Source: the human T2T-CHM13v2.0 reference genome, Homo sapiens. From it: 64,000 nucleotides of DNA. Positions 28,106 through 43,247 of the stretch are shown here, in pieces. The notes under the pieces are model-generated. The model saw nothing but the letters and a program-made list of their open reading frames with translations. It ran no database searches and had not been told where the DNA came from. The position numbers were made by a program, and so were the translations under genes. How positions within the stretch are numbered: the first letter of the stretch is position 1; each line of letters opens with the position of its first letter. The stretch lies in NCBI RefSeq assembly GCF_009914755.1, contig NC_060926.1; one strand, given 5' to 3'.

Positions 28106-29989
28106 TGAAAAAATTCACAATTGGAGAGGTTTAGCACCTTTTTTGAAATCACCATTCTAGTAAGTGCCAGGGTCATAATCATGCCACCGGCAGTCCGAGT
28201 TTGAATCCTTTTCTGGACCCAAGAGAACATGGAAAATAGCACTTATGGCACCAAAACATGAGCAGTAGGGGAGGAGCAGTAGATCCTCAGAGAGAATCTC
28301 TTGCTGCCTACTTTTATGAGCTGATTCTGCTGGGAGTGCTGCTGGAACCATTATTTATTGTCACCACCAGGAGATCTGTTTTGGAAAGCCTTAACTCTCT
28401 AAATGTAAATTCTAGCCTTTTGTTAGAACAAGAGAGAGTGGGTGTGTGTGCACAAGACCCAAGGGAAGGCTGAAAATTTGTTCGTAGGCCACTCCACCTG
28501 AGAGGGAATATGTTAAGCAGTTTGAAATGTCTCTAGGAGTCATTGTGAGAAGAAACGGGATTTTTCTGTTACCTCTGATGAGTGAAACAGTTTTCTGTTA
28601 CAAAACTGATGAGTGAAAAGTCACAGGAATGCCACTTCGAATCTCATATTAAAAAGAACTTCATTCAGTCGACAAGTAGTAAAGATATCCACCAAGTAAA
28701 AGACTCTTTGCTGCACATGGTGGGTCAGAAAATGTTATGCCCAGATATCCTACCAGATATTACAGCTTGGTAAAAGGGCTAAGGAATAGGGAAAGAATTT
28801 CATTTATGATGAAAGTGTCACCCTTGGTAAGGAAAATACAAATAAATAATTATGAAAAATCAACAGAGGAACCACCTCGACATCCCCACTCTAGGGGTGT
28901 AGGGAGGAGAGCAAAGAAATTCTATGGAGGAGGTAGCATTTGAACAACTGGTAAAACACAGGTATACGGAAATGGAGAGAAAAATGTTGAGAGAAATGGA
29001 GAGAAAAAGCTTGAGCTAGGTAGGATACGCAAATTCAGCTGATGTAACAATGACCAAAATACCAGAGGCTTAAAGAAGAGTGAAGATTTCCTCCCCATGA
29101 TGAGCAGTCCAGAGCTGGTAGGGAGGCCCTACACACCTGCTGGCTTCTTGCTGTGCAATCCTTTGCACCAGCCTTCACCTCATGGAACGAATGAGCTGTT
29201 CCAGCTCCCATCACCCTGTCTGCCTTCCAGGAATCAGGAGGGAAAGGAGGAGACACAGGAGGCCTACCAGTTCCTCTGGATACCAATCTGGCAGTTGAGA
29301 ATATCGCTTTTTATCACATGGAGTGCCTAAAACTTAGTAACATAAGCACATCTAGTGCAGAGAGGCTAGAAAATGTAATGGGGAGGAAGGAGTATTCCTA
29401 AAGAAAAATGTTTAGAAAGGGGCATTGAGAGACAGATAGCAGCCTGCCACTGAGCTTAAAGAAAAGTGCCAATGTGAGATTGTGGGAGTGGATGGGGGTA
29501 AATGGATAGGTGCCATGATGGGCTTATTCCTCAGGCCCACTTTCGAGGAATAAAGGGGTTATATGGTGTTTCTTTCTCTGTCCACTGGGAGTATCAGGGA
29601 AAGACGGGCATCTGCAGTTGGCCCTTTTGGGGAATGCCTCTGTTTAAGAAAACTGCCTTCCTCAAAGTAGACTGCGCCCAATGACTATCAACGTGGGAGT
29701 TTCAAGGCCAAGCCCTCTTACTCCAACTCAGGACATCTGTGAAAAGACATCCCAGCTCCAAAAGCTCTTCCTTTGCCAACAAATTTCCTGTATGGAAATT
29801 CATCTCCCTCCACCCAATCCTGCCTCCTTCCTTCTTTTCCACAGCTGTAGAAAAGCACTCCAAATCAACACTGTGCCTGCTAATCTCTGCCCCAGAGACT
29901 GCTTCCTGGGAAACTCCATCTGGCACAATCACCAGTTTGTTTTTATCACCACATAGTGTATAAAGGGGGAGGGAAGGAAGTGAGGAGTG

Positions 29990-30520
29990 AGCTACTGTAC
30001 CTTTGAGTAAGATTGTAGAGATCCTGAACAGTAGTGTGGACTTGGTTCTGCAGGCAGTTGTGAGCAGGCTTCTGAGGATCAGAGTAATGGAAGCTATCTG
30101 GCAGTCATATGTAAGATGGACTGTGGGTAAGAGAGGCAAGAGGTGCTAAAACAGTTAGGATGCCAAGGCCATACCACAGGTCCAAGATAATGAACACCTG
30201 ACACAGGGCTCCGGCAATGCAAAATGAAGAAGGGAAAGATCACACGAGTAGAATCGACAGAACTGTGCATTGATTTTGGGAAGCAAGAGGCAGGGAAGAG
30301 TAAAAAATAAAGTCCAGGTTTGATATCTGGTGATTGGACTGATGGTGACTTTATGGAAGAGATCCTGGTTTAGGGAGCAAAGATGTATTCCATTTTGATC
30401 TGCTGGAGTTGAAGGGCTAAAGGGAATCTAGGTGAAGATGTCCAGCAGGCTATTGAAAGGAGAGCATGGAACTCATCAGAGAGGCTAGCACAGAAATATT
30501 TACTTGAGAACCATGTAAGA
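29990..30520 (-). mobile_element. L2 LINE fragment
   Basis: GA-rich segment with motifs such as gatgtccagcaggc. Confidence 0.55.
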
Positions 30521-32967
30521 TTCAAAAGTTTAAGTCATAATTTAAGCCATAATCATTTACGCTATAAAATAATTTAAACCAGAAAAACTTGAGGCAATTT
30601 CCAGGGGAAGTAGCATAGAAAGGGAAAGCAAGGGAGAGGTGAAGAGAGGAGACTAAAGAGACTGAGGAAAAATATAGAATAAATGACCTGAGAGACCATT
30701 ATTTCCATGAGATGAGCACTGTGTGCTAAAAGATTACTGAGAGCAGAACTGAGTTTTGTTAGTTCCAAGAACAGAATTGATGAAGAAAGTATGAATCAGC
30801 TCTTCTCATTGTAGCCATGATTCCAGTTGATGGGGACTCAATAATGGATAACACACAACCCAACTACCAAAGACCTGGGAACGTTAATAGGATACCTAAA
30901 ACACTTTTGAGGGAAACTAGGATGTCCACACTTAAAGAAGTGTTTGATAATATCTCTGTGTTGCAAAAGAATGATTTTAAAAAGGAAACATTTACTTCCA
31001 TTACTACAACCACAGTTGTACTTTCTTGAGGCTGAAGCTGAAATTGCAAGATTTTTGGTCTTCCAGGAACAAGAGATAAGAATTACACTCCTGTACTTAT
31101 TAGAAACCAATTTTGATTTATCTGCAGAGTAGCTGTTTATCAATAACTTCCTAACAGCTTTCCACAGAAAAACCTTATTCCTGGGCCACTATGACAAAAG
31201 AGCAGAAGGTCATCACAGGTAGAACACAAAGAAAGTTGTGATTGTTCTCAAGTCTCCAAATTATATGCTCGGTGTCATACAAAAAAGAGGTGAGATGCTT
31301 AAGACATTTCTTCAAGCATTTAGTATTTTGAGAAGTGTGAGCTGAGCATACGAAATGAAAGGAGGCAATCCAAGTAGGAAGGAATGGGTACAGGTAACCA
31401 AAATGGCTCTAGTTGTTATTCACCAAGTTCTCAGAAAGTTGTATAACTTCTCCTTTCTTGGCAATGTATTGCCTGGAGCCACATTTAATTTGTTGCGGTT
31501 AGAAATAAATAAATCTTTCTTTATTAAGAAATATGAGGCCTTGTATTCACATATTTATATAAGACCAAATAATCCGATGAAAGGAGGAAAATGTAGTCAA
31601 CTCAGTCAATTTTTGCTTTGTTCTCAGCATATATACCTAGTGGGTAGCTGCCGATATGGAATAAAAAGCTTTTTGCTTTTTCAGATGAATGAATTACAGA
31701 TGAACATCTTTGAAGGAAGTCCTTTGACTACATGTATACAATTTCAAGTTATGCAGAAAGGCAAACAACTGATATATCCACAAGTCACATATCACTTATA
31801 TTAGTGGACTATTACAAATACTTTGTAACATAGGTAATCTCTCTGCAATATTTTGATAGTTAGCTAAGTAGCTTTGCAACTCGTTTGGTTACCAAGTCTT
31901 GCATGTATTTACTTTTATGTTAGTGAAAGATAAAGATAAATTTTGAATTGCTTGTACAAAAAATGATCAATATCTAAAACAGAACTCCTTACAAAAAATG
32001 TGAGCGACAGCTAAAAATAATGGTGAAATCTTGCTTTTGAAAACAAGCGATATTTTCCACCATGGAAAAATTAAGTCCTGGAAGCATCCCGAAAGAATAA
32101 TCCCATCCCCTCATAATGCTCTTCCTGCCTCCAGATACGGGGGCCTGTGGATGCTTTCATGCCTGCTATTCACTGTGAGAAAGGTTGTTCTATAGAATGT
32201 GTTGTGAGGCTGACCTTTGTCCTAGGAACAATTTTAGAGAAAGGGAGAAGAAGTGTGGTATCTGGAAAGCTGCCAGGGACTGTGGGTCTCTACAGAGTGT
32301 GCTTAAACTACAGTGATTTAGAAATGGGAGGGAGGGGTCACACCTCAGTCAGTAAATATGACTTTTCAAAAATGACCAGAGAAAGGGGACTTGGATCTAT
32401 TAGCAGATGAGCATGGCTTTAACTCTGTTTGCTGTTTTAATTTCCTCCCCTATTCTAGACTTTTACATCTGAAATGTTTATAATTAGAAAAGATAAGCGT
32501 TCAACGGTCTTCACAACCAGCACCAACAAGCCATCAGAAACACTGCTGGGTTTTATGAAATGCCTAAAGCAAATGCTTCTAGTGTGGGTTATTGCATGGT
32601 ACCCTTCTGGTCCTGAAAGGGATCGATGCAATGATTGTGTAATAGATCTCCTGAACAGTTCCATCACTTGTACTTGTTACCCAGTGAGGGAGAAGTGCTG
32701 ACTAAAGTCAAGAAACTTGTTCCAAAATGTTCTTTTTCTACTGGGGAAGATAAGCTATGCTGTATATCAAGGGCAGATGTCGTGTTTGAGAGCAAAGGTG
32801 GTCAGTTTTCTGAGAGTAACTCTAGATCAGGTCTATGAGTTGAAAAAAATTACAAACTCATATATCAGCGGAAGATATATAGGAAATTATAAACTTCTCA
32901 CTAAAACTTAATCAGCAGTTGATGTCACAACTCTGTTAGAGTCTAGAAGTTTTCTGCATGATTATTA

Positions 32968-33261
<294 letters not shown>

Positions 33262-34929
33262 TCTGCATGATTATTAAATCAGAGTGACATATGGATGGCT
33301 ACTTCAAGATGTGCATTAGGTATGAAATTTAGTCTCAGTATAGGATACACAGATAGGATAGAGATTATTTGTATGAGTATTTGAATATATAGTGTAACAT
33401 ATCTTTGAATATGTAACTTGTCTTTAAAAATCTGTGCTTATGTATATACACATACATTTAATTTATCTTAGGATATAACCCTCAGACATGTGAGAAGCAT
33501 GGCCCTGTTGAAAGAAATGGACTCTTTTTCAGTAGCTGCTAGTTACTGCAGGAGAGTGGGGGGCACCAGTCATCCTGAAGGTTTTTAAGGAAGGGGAGGG
33601 TACTAAACAGGAGCCTGATTGCAGAGTGACTGAATGGTGAAGAGGTTTAAGCTCTCCACATACACTTTGGTTAGGTTTCAGTGGTTTCAGATGTGCATGC
33701 CTAATGACACTTGAATTTGAATAATACGAAATTCAATTTGGATGATCCATTTTATAAACATAAGGCGTTGTGATTTTGTTCAAATGAGCATTGATACAAT
33801 TTCAAAGCCAGCATGGATTGAAGGTCTTCAAAAGTTAGGAGGACTGAAGTTGTTTGTGATCTTAATGCAATGTTTTTCTCCTTGATCTCTATCATAATAC
33901 ATGCTTTTATTGTCTTTGTTTCACTTGTGCTGTTTTAAATTATCTTGTTGATCTATTTGTTCCCTTAAATATTGTTAGTCTCCTCCAGGAGAAATGGAAG
34001 TTCCTGGAGAGCAAAGACTTTGCTAACTTTATCCATTGATATATTCCTTTATGTCCATGACAGATGGCATGTGTGTGTGTGTGCATGTGCTCGTGTAATA
34101 TTAAACAAGTGAATTGCTTTGGTTTGTGCATGTCTGTCATTATATTTTAGTGCCTTGTACTCTGTCTACTCTTGTCTGCTGTGTTCTCCATTAGCTTGTG
34201 GATTCATCAGTGGTTTAAAACATATCTTGATGATCTTTGATGGCACCCAGTAGAGAATGTGGTTTGAAATAGCAAGTATTTGGTCATCTCAACAATCTTC
34301 TCTTTGCTCAGAAAGATGCTATGGATGACCCCTCACATCTCACTGTCCTGACCTCACTTCGGTGAAGGAGCAGGGGTGAGACTGGTGTCACAGAAAATAG
34401 ACAGTGACTGTTGTCCTCCCTGTTGGCATCCCAACTAGAGTTCAGGACAGTGTGTGATATATTTGTGGTTTCCCTCCTTGTTTTATTAACATGAGTTAAA
34501 TGAACTAGGTTCTTTAATAGAAGACATCCTAAATAACCAAGAGAATTCTACCATTTTTGGGGAATTAATGTTTGTACCATCTGTTTTACATGAGGAATGA
34601 AGAACATTAGCTGAGAATAAAGAAGTTCCATGGGCAATATGGACTTCTATTTTTTTTACTTGAAATATAGGTGCACAGAATGGGTTTAATCATAATCCCT
34701 ATCATTGATATACCCTATATTTTGATATACCCTATCGTTAGTCCATTGGCCTTTCACATGCATATATGTATTTATATACTTACATACTTACTTAAAATCA
34801 TAAATATCCATGAGTCTACCACTCAAAATGATAATTAGAACATTGACAGTAACTAATATTGCCTATGTTAAACTCCTCTATCATGTTCTTGGCCTCCTCT
34901 CCCCTAATGTAATTAGTACCTTGATTCTG

Positions 34930-35370
34930 GTAACAATGGTTTTATTGTTGAAAACATACTTTTTAAACATAATTTTTATTATTATTAATAAATGTGTTAT
35001 TAAGTTTTAGTTGTCATAAATTTATAAAAAGGGTATTGACATCCTCTATATAATCTTTGGGGACTTATGTTTTCCTTCTCAATGTTATTTTTCTATAATC
35101 CATCCGTGGTGTTCCAACTAGCTGTACTTCATTCATTTTAACTGCTGTGAAATCGTCTATTGTGTAAATATACCACAATTTATTCATTTCCTACTCTTTG
35201 AGCATTTGAGTTCTTCCCTGTATTTTCCATATAAATAGTGTCTCTGTGAATGTTTTTGTGCATATTTCTTAGTGTACAAGTGTAAGAATTTCTCTCTGAT
35301 TTATATCAAGGAGCGTAATTGCTTCTCATGAGATATATCAATGTTTAACTCTTTTCTACAGTGATCTTAC
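34930..35370 (-). mobile_element. Old L1 (L1M) 3' fragment
   Basis: ttcattttaactgctg...ctattgtgtaaatataccacaatttattcat. Confidence 0.65.
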
Positions 35371-38300
35371 CACTCTAGTTCTTAATTTTAATAATTTGCT
35401 AAACACTAGGATTTCTAGACATTTATTGAATTAATAGATTACTGTCCCAAATCATAGAATAATAAATTGATAAAGCAAGAAAAAAATCTGAGATTACCTA
35501 ATTGGACCCACTCAACTTACAGAGAACAATGATGCATAGGATAGATGAAATGATCTGTTTAAAGTCCTAGAAATGATGGACTTTCAGATGCAGTCCCAAA
35601 TAGTTTATGGAATCATCATTGCATTCTTACCAGCATCTTCTATTTCTCAAATAAATAATGTTTGATGAGTAATAATAAACTTCCATTTTTAAGAGAATAA
35701 GTCAAGACCTAAGAAAATAAAAAGATAAGCAGAAAAGAAATTATCGCAATTTAGGGTTAAGCTTGAATTTATTCAATGCATGGTTTCCCATCAGCTCACA
35801 TTACCTTGTATTAAACTTGCTGTCTCCAAAGAAAGCCATTCTCAGCTCCTTGGACAAAGTACTTTACTTTCTCCCACTGAAGGTCTTTTTGCCTAAACTT
35901 GTTTGCCTCTCTTAATTACCATGTGATTTAGTTATAGTTCTTGAATTTCAAGCCTATGTCTACTGTTGAGGGTTAATTTTGAAATGCTTTTACTCTCTTC
36001 CTTAAAAGGGGGCAGATGTGGCTGGGCTGGAGCAATCCTTCCACTTGCTTCCTGCCTGACATATAGATTTTATGTCTGGAGCTGTGGCAACCAACCTACG
36101 GGTTTAAGAAAGGTCAAGAAAATTGTGGAAATGTAGGACTAATATCCTTGGGCCACTGAATTAACATCAGCAGCCACATGTAGTCAGTTTTTCTGTTACT
36201 TACAGCTTAATGCATTCCTAGCTGATGCACCATGTTACAAAAATGATCTCAAACTAGATTTTGAATATTTCTAATTTTCTAATGCCAGAAATTTAAAATC
36301 TTATCATTGGATATGAATTTTTTTCTCAGAGAAAAATGGTTTTATACTTTTATACCTGACATCTACTTTTCAGATGATAGTCTTTCAATCAGAAACTTCA
36401 CTTTAGAAAATGTGTTCCTAATCACAACAAAGCAGTATCCTCATTCAGCAAAAGTGTAATTAACATTTTGGGCACTGGATGAAGAAAAAAAACTAAATTA
36501 GTTGACTGACATTTTTACTTCACTGTCCAGACATGTGAAAGAAAATTCACCAAAGTTAATTAATGACACTCACATCTCCAGCCTCAGATTCAAAAAGGGG
36601 CAATTCTCATATGTAAATTCAACCAGCATTGAATAGGACATTATCATACATGTTTTGGGCTCTAAGGCTGAGAATGGTTAGACATGACTCCCACTCTGAA
36701 GGAGCTCATAGTCTAGTTTAAGTAGCAGTGGGAAGGTGAGGAGAGACAGATAGGCATGTATAACAATTAGAATACACTAAGCAAATAATGCAAGCATGAA
36801 CAAAATTGTATGGTAACAGTGCACAGCAGAACCAACTCCCTTAGACATACATGAGTCAAGGAAAGCTCCTCATCCCAGAAGCCCTGCTCAAACTGTAAGA
36901 TGTTTTATGCATTCAACATATAGGTCTATATCCTCATTTTTCACAGATGTTTTCAGCTTGGCAAAAGTCCATGACTGTCATTGGACCCCAAGCTTTGTGA
37001 ATCCTCCTGCTTCCCATATGTTGAAGTAGAAATTTAATGGTTTGTTTTGGTTTGGTTTTTGTTTTGTTTTTTCTATTCCATCATAATTGAAGCCTTAGGA
37101 AAAGGAAACTTACAATTCTAAAATCTTAGACTTTTGTCATTGTTGCCTTGGTATATAAACCAAATTGAAAACAAATTCATTATATTGTAGTCTTTTTTGG
37201 AAATCAGTAGGACAAAAGATAGGAGAATTCTGAAAGTCGGTATCTGTAATAGTCACTCTTGAACTGCTGGGATAATTGCAAAAGAAAAACCCAACTCTTG
37301 GCAAAGCCAAAGGAATCCCTGTGGGTGTTGAAACCTGCTTGAAAGAATGGTCAAAGAATGCAAGTATCTTGATAAGTACCCTGGGGGAAAAAAACACTAC
37401 TACATCTATTATTACAACTACAGTATCTTCAGCTGGACAAGCAGAAAAAACATGAATGAACTATTCCTGTATCCCCAAGTAACTTTCCTTTTTCACACAT
37501 TTTGGAATCAATGTCCAATATCATCTGACTACTTCACTGCAACTTGTCCGTATAAATTTGATGACACTTTAAGAATGACTCATCCACTTACCCCAATGAG
37601 CATTCCAGGAAATTGTCCTTGTTTATTGCCATTTCCAAATGATGGAAAAGCACAAAGAATGAGAGAAAAATAATTATTTTTACTATCTGATCCTAAATGT
37701 TAAAGAAGCACCCTATTCTTAAAGGTTGTCCCCATCATTTGCAAATTAATGCACTGCTGAAGATGCAAACTACCTATATAACTGCTCTCGAATTTCATTA
37801 AAACTAATCAGAAGTCCTTTTTAATGTCTTTGAGAATTGCTTCAAGTGGCAAAAATCAGAAAATCTACCCATGGGGCACCTTCAGCTAATTGCAATTTAC
37901 TTTTCAACTAGTCATCCTTTAGCCTTAGGCTGCAACTGCACAAAGCTGAAACAACTCTTTGGGTGACAAATGCCAGTCAAACCAGTTATTTAGCATCATG
38001 TAATTTTAAATGACCATTGGTTTTCTGAATATTTTTTAACAAGTCAGAATGATGATGTGATGAACTGAGTTCAGATGAAAATCGTTAAAATTATTTTCTC
38101 TGCAGTTGAGACTGCCCTATGCTCCTTCCTAGTTGATATTGGGGGACAAGTAGAGGAATAAGGATAGACTATATGGTAAAGTTAATAGAGAGTGACAGAC
38201 AATGCACATTATTTAGGACAGATAAATGACAGTGAATCAACCTAAGTTTCAGAAAAAGAACCATCACTCTTAATCAACTAAGTGACCCAATAAAAATCCC

Positions 38301-38619
38301 TTAATGGGAAATAGGGAGGAAAAAAAATGGTGTTTTCTTTGACATCACCTGAGACCATGTATATGAAAATAATGTTTTGTAAAATGTAGGTGCTGTCCAA
38401 ATGTTAGCCTTTGCTAGAGAGAGTCTAATCTGTGAAAATGAAACCACAATGATAAGACATCAAACTAAGCATCCTTATGTGTTCAACAGAATATAGAGTG
38501 TTTCAATCTAATGGCTTGGTGGTGGCTTTCTTTTTATCTAAATGCAGGAATTGGAATGTCATTTTCCTCTTGCAATTATCAAGCTGAGAGTGGGGATCAG
38601 GATTAAAAAACATATATTT

Positions 38620-38963
38620 GGCCAGATGTGGTGGCTCAGGCCTGTAATCCCAGCACTTTGGGAGGCCGAGGCGGGCGGATCACGAGATCAGGAGTTAAAG
38701 ACCAGCCTGGTGAAGATGGTGAATCCCCATCTCTACTAAAAATCCAAAAAAAAAAAAAAAAAAAATTAGCCAGGTGTGGTGGCAGGCACCTGTAATCCCA
38801 GCTACTTGGGAGGCTGAGGCAGAGAATAGCTTGAACCTGGGAGGCGTAGGTTGCAGTGAGCCGAGATTGTGCCATTGCACTCCAGCCTGGGCAACAAGAG
38901 CAAAACTCTGTCTACAAAAAAAAAAAAAAAAAAAAAAACACCAAGAACAAACAAACAAAAAAA
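38620..38963 (+). mobile_element. Alu with expanded A-linker and tail
   Basis: Full-length Alu consensus. Confidence 0.95.
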
Positions 38964-39216
38964 CCCACATATATTCCCCTTCCCAAGAATCTTGCCAAGT
39001 TGCCCCAATAACCAAGAAATAGAAATATATGTTACAACAGAGTATGTAGTGGTTAGGTTCTTACTCTAAATTTAAAAATTCAATAAGATGATTACTTAAT
39101 TTACAAGTACAAGTTGATAACTTATATTTATGAGAAATGTTTAATCAGGACATTATATTCCAGGGTGGCAGTACAAAAGTATACTGAAGGTCAAAACTTC
39201 CTGTCCCAAGTAATTA

Positions 39217-39557
39217 CTGTCATGCATTACTTAACGTAGGGGATACTTTCTGAGAAAAGCATCATAAGGCGATTTCGTTGTTGTGGGAACATCATAGAGT
39301 GTACTTATACCAATCTCGATTGTATAGCCTACTACACACTTACGCTATAGAGTATCGCCTATTGCTCTTAGGCTACAGACTTGTACAGCATGTTACTGCA
39401 CTGAATACTGTAGGCAATTGTAACACAATGGTAAGTATTTGTGCATCTAAACACAGAAAAGGTAAAGTAAAAAATGTAGATTATAATTTTATGGGACCAC
39501 TGTCTTATATGCAGTTCGTTGTTGACTGAAACATCATCCTTATGCAACACATGACTG
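39217..39557. mobile_element. Tigger3a/MER7-like TcMar DNA transposon
   Basis: Terminal inverted repeats c(t)gtcatg...catgactg; internal ctgaatactgtaggcaattgtaacacaatggtaag. Confidence 0.85.
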
Positions 39558-40084
39558 TTATATTAAAGAAAAAAAAGCATATGAGCAGATACCAGCTAGA
39601 CATAAAAATTATCTTTTAAAATAATTTTTATTCCCATTGTCAAGAGCTGCTCTAGGCCTTCTGATTAGGATGGTGATGTCACACACCTTCAGCTTCTATG
39701 AAATAGGATGACCATTTCAATTCATTATTTTCAGACTTATAAGAAAGGTGGAGCTCAATTACAGTGGCCTTTATCACTTCATCTTAGCCACTTATTTCAG
39801 TGGTTGTGCTTAGGATTCAGAGCACAAAAATGGGAAAATCTCCACCTCTGAAATCTGAATAATGAATCTCCCTCTCCTGCCTTTCAGTGTCCCCTCTCCT
39901 TACTCCACTTATACCTGTTTTCTCTGCCTTCAATGAGACTTCCAGTTCCCCCCTTTCCTCCCAGTCTTTCATTTCTCTACTCCTTTTTCTAGCCTGCTTA
40001 CACCCTTGATTCCTTTAATCGGTGGCGTAATGACTATTCTTTTCTCTTACATTCAGTCAGATGAGCATTGTAGAAGGAAAAAAA

Positions 40085-40240
40085 TAACTAATATTTGTCA
40101 AGTCTTGCTACATTTAGCACCATTCTAAGTGTTTTCTGTATATGATCTCATTTTATCCTTACTAACCATGAGGAACATTTCTGCCCATTTTACAGGCAAG
40201 AAATCTGTTTCACAAAGATTAACTAACTTGCCCAAAGCAT
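40085..40240 (-). mobile_element. MIR SINE
   Basis: cccattttacaggcaaggaaa...taacttgcccaaag. Confidence 0.65.
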
Positions 40241-40639
40241 TATATCAAATCAAAAGCACTTGATTATATCAAATTGTAGACATCTCATTATTAAAAAAAA
40301 AAGAAAACTAAAAGAAAATGCTGCAATTCTAATTACAAGGTGCCATCAGTTGACAGATATATCCTGATTTCAGCAGTGTTAAATGTGCATTGCCTCTAAG
40401 ACTCAATGACATATAACAAGTGAGGGATCCATAGCATGATAGTCTTCACTATTATGTTATTTTACCTCATAAAAGCCATACAAGCATGCAAAATGTTTAT
40501 GACAAATTGATGCAAACTTTACCTGGGATTTGAGTACTGTTCTTTAGTCTATCTCCTCTCTCCTCTCTCTTCTTTCCTTCAAAGATTAATCACAGCTTTT
40601 CTGCTCTTTTTAAGCTTCCTACTTAACACCTACCCTCAT

Positions 40640-42830
40640 TCACTTTTTTTGTGGATCACTGTGCATCTTACTTCATTGAGAAAATAAGACCATTGGTCGC
40701 GTGTCTCTTAACTTCTGCGCCCCCTACCCACCACACTACCTGTAGACATATCCACATCAACAGAGAACCTCCCTTTCTCCCTCTGTTTTCAAGGGCAAGT
40801 GTTCTGCCCTTCTGTTGTAGTCTGGCTCCTCCTTATCCTCTTACCCCTGTTGCTTATTGTTTCTTCTGAGGTTACTAGTCATCCTTCTCTCCTAATCTGC
40901 AACCCCTCTCTCTCTATGAGTTTCTCTCCCTCAGCCTGTAAACATGGCCAAGGCCCAACTCCTAACTTTCCACTCCAGTCTTTCTCCCTCTTATTTGAAC
41001 TTCATGGAGAATACTCCACAGGCACTGTCTTCATTTTCTCACCTTCCATGTCTGCTTCAGCCTACCGCAACTTCTCCTCCCTTAACATTTAGTTGAAATT
41101 GCCCTTAACAAGTTTCTTGGTGACCTGCTATTTTTTAGATCCAATGGAATTTTTTCATCTTCATTTTATTGACCCCCTTTGCTGAGTTTGTGTGATATGG
41201 TTGATTTCTTCTTTATGTGAAAAGCTCTACCTAACTGGCTTCCAAGGCAGCACACTCTCCTGATTCCTCCTATCTCTTTGTTTCTTAGTGACTCCAATAC
41301 TGGCATTTTCCAGGTTCTATCCCAAGTTGTATCCCTACTGTTGTAGCCACTTTCCACACTTTTCTCTGATGGTTCAAAATATTGCCTACATGTTGATGAA
41401 ATCCCAAATCTGGACCTCTTTCCTGAGCACTGTATCCCAAATATTTATCGTAAGTTCCCCCTTCTTCCCTACCTACTTGGAATTTCCATTTGGATGTCAG
41501 TCATCTCACACTCAACATGTTTAAAACTAGATTCTTATTTTCCTTTCCTAAACCTATTCCTCAAATCATTTCTCCTTTCAGCTGATGGAAATTCAAATTT
41601 CCATTTACTTATTCCCCAAAAGTTGGTGTCATCTTCAACTTCTCTCTCTCTGTTGGACCTTATATCCAGTCCATCGATGAGTCTTATCCCTTCTACCATC
41701 AAAATATATTCAGAATCTGACCACTTTCACCCTCTCCACTGCTGCCACCCTTATCTATTCCGCCATCTTATCCCACCTTGATTGCAACAGCTCCTAACTG
41801 AGCTCCCTCCTCATCCCTTGCTCCTCTCTGGTCTGTTCTCTACTGAGCAACCAACATGGATTTTTGGTCACTTCTCTGACCTCATGTCCTGCCACTATGC
41901 CTCAAAAACACCCTTCTCACACCACACTTGTTCCAAAGCCATCAGACTTGTTTTCCCACCCCCAGCCTGAAGCATTCTTTTACTATGCATGACTCACCCT
42001 CTCACTTTTTTGGGTCTTTGCTCAAATATCTTCTTATCAGGAAGGGCTTCTCTTAGTATTCTATATAAAATAGCTCTTCTCCATCATCCTTTTCCCTGCT
42101 TTACTTTTTGTTGATGACCCTTTGTTTTTTTCACAGAGACTCGCTTTGTAATCCAGGCTGTAGTGCAGTGGCGTGATCTCAGCTCAGTGCAACCTCCGCC
42201 TGCTGGATTCAAGCGATTCTCGTGCCTTAGCTTCCTGAGTTTCTGGGAGTACAAATGCGTGCCACCACACCAAGCTAATTCTGTGTATGTATTTGTATTT
42301 TTTTTAGTACAGATGGGGTTTTACCATGTTGGCCAGGCTGGTCTTGAACTCCCAACCTCAGGTGATCCACCTGTCTCGGCCTCCCAAACTGCTGGGATTA
42401 CAGGCATGAACCACTGCACCTGGCTGACCCTTTGTTTTTCTTATCACATCTGACACTTTACTCATATATTTTTTCTTGGGCTTCAGAATGACGGATAAAC
42501 TTTATTGACTCATGCATGGCACTACTTGTGTATTTAATTAGCTAGTTGTGTGTTTGTTTTTGATAGATAGCTGTAAACTCACCATTCAACATAGAAACTA
42601 GAAGCATAAATCATTATATATTATGTGTGTGCACACGTATACATATACACTATATATGTGTATAGATATAATTTTAAAATTAAAATATAAATAATTTTTT
42701 TCCATCACTCCAGACTCAACTAGCATGTAAGCTACATGCGTACAAGGACTTTGTTTTGTTCCTTCTGTATACACAGCATGTAAAATAGTGCCTAACACAT
42801 AGGCACTTGAAAATAAAGTAAGCACTGCAT
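40640..42830 (+). mobile_element. L2 LINE fragments interrupted by an Alu
   Basis: CT-rich L2 motifs (tacttcattgagaaaat, cagaatctgaccact, atagtgcctaacacatagg). Confidence 0.65.
42131..42424 (-). mobile_element. Alu
   Basis: TSD tgaccctttgttttt. Confidence 0.93.
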
Positions 42831-43099
42831 GTTTATATATGAATGTTTTCAACAGTAATGTAACTATTGACACGTCCCAAACCAGGGGACACATCTTTAC
42901 CTCTGTTCTGTTCGGCCTTCCCTCTCTACAGTCCTTTCTTTGACTTCGCTCCCTAGAAGCATGAACTGCGATGAGCACTCCCTTCCTGCCTTTGCTTGTA
43001 CTGTCTTCTACCCCTGAAACTGCACTCCTGACCCTTTGGCTTTAGGATACCTGTACAACTCGTTTTTCCAGACATTCACGAGTCACCTCCAAATGCTTT

Positions 43100-43247
43100 C
43101 TCGATCTGACGATTATGTGTCTTGGGGTTGATCTTGTCATGGAGTATCTTACTGGAGTTGTCTGGATTTCCTGAATTTAAATGTTGCCCTATCTTGTTAG
43201 GTTGGGGAACTTCTCCTGGATGATGTCCTGAAGTATGTTTTCTCCAA
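43100..43247 (-). mobile_element. Primate L1 ORF1-region fragment
   Basis: atctgacgattatgtgtcttggggttg...gttggggaacttctcctggatgat matches antisense L1 ORF1. Confidence 0.8.

Noticed and set aside
31355-31804. 149-aa intergenic ORF
   Set aside because: No recognisable domain, AT-rich random-like composition, and no promoter or splice support.
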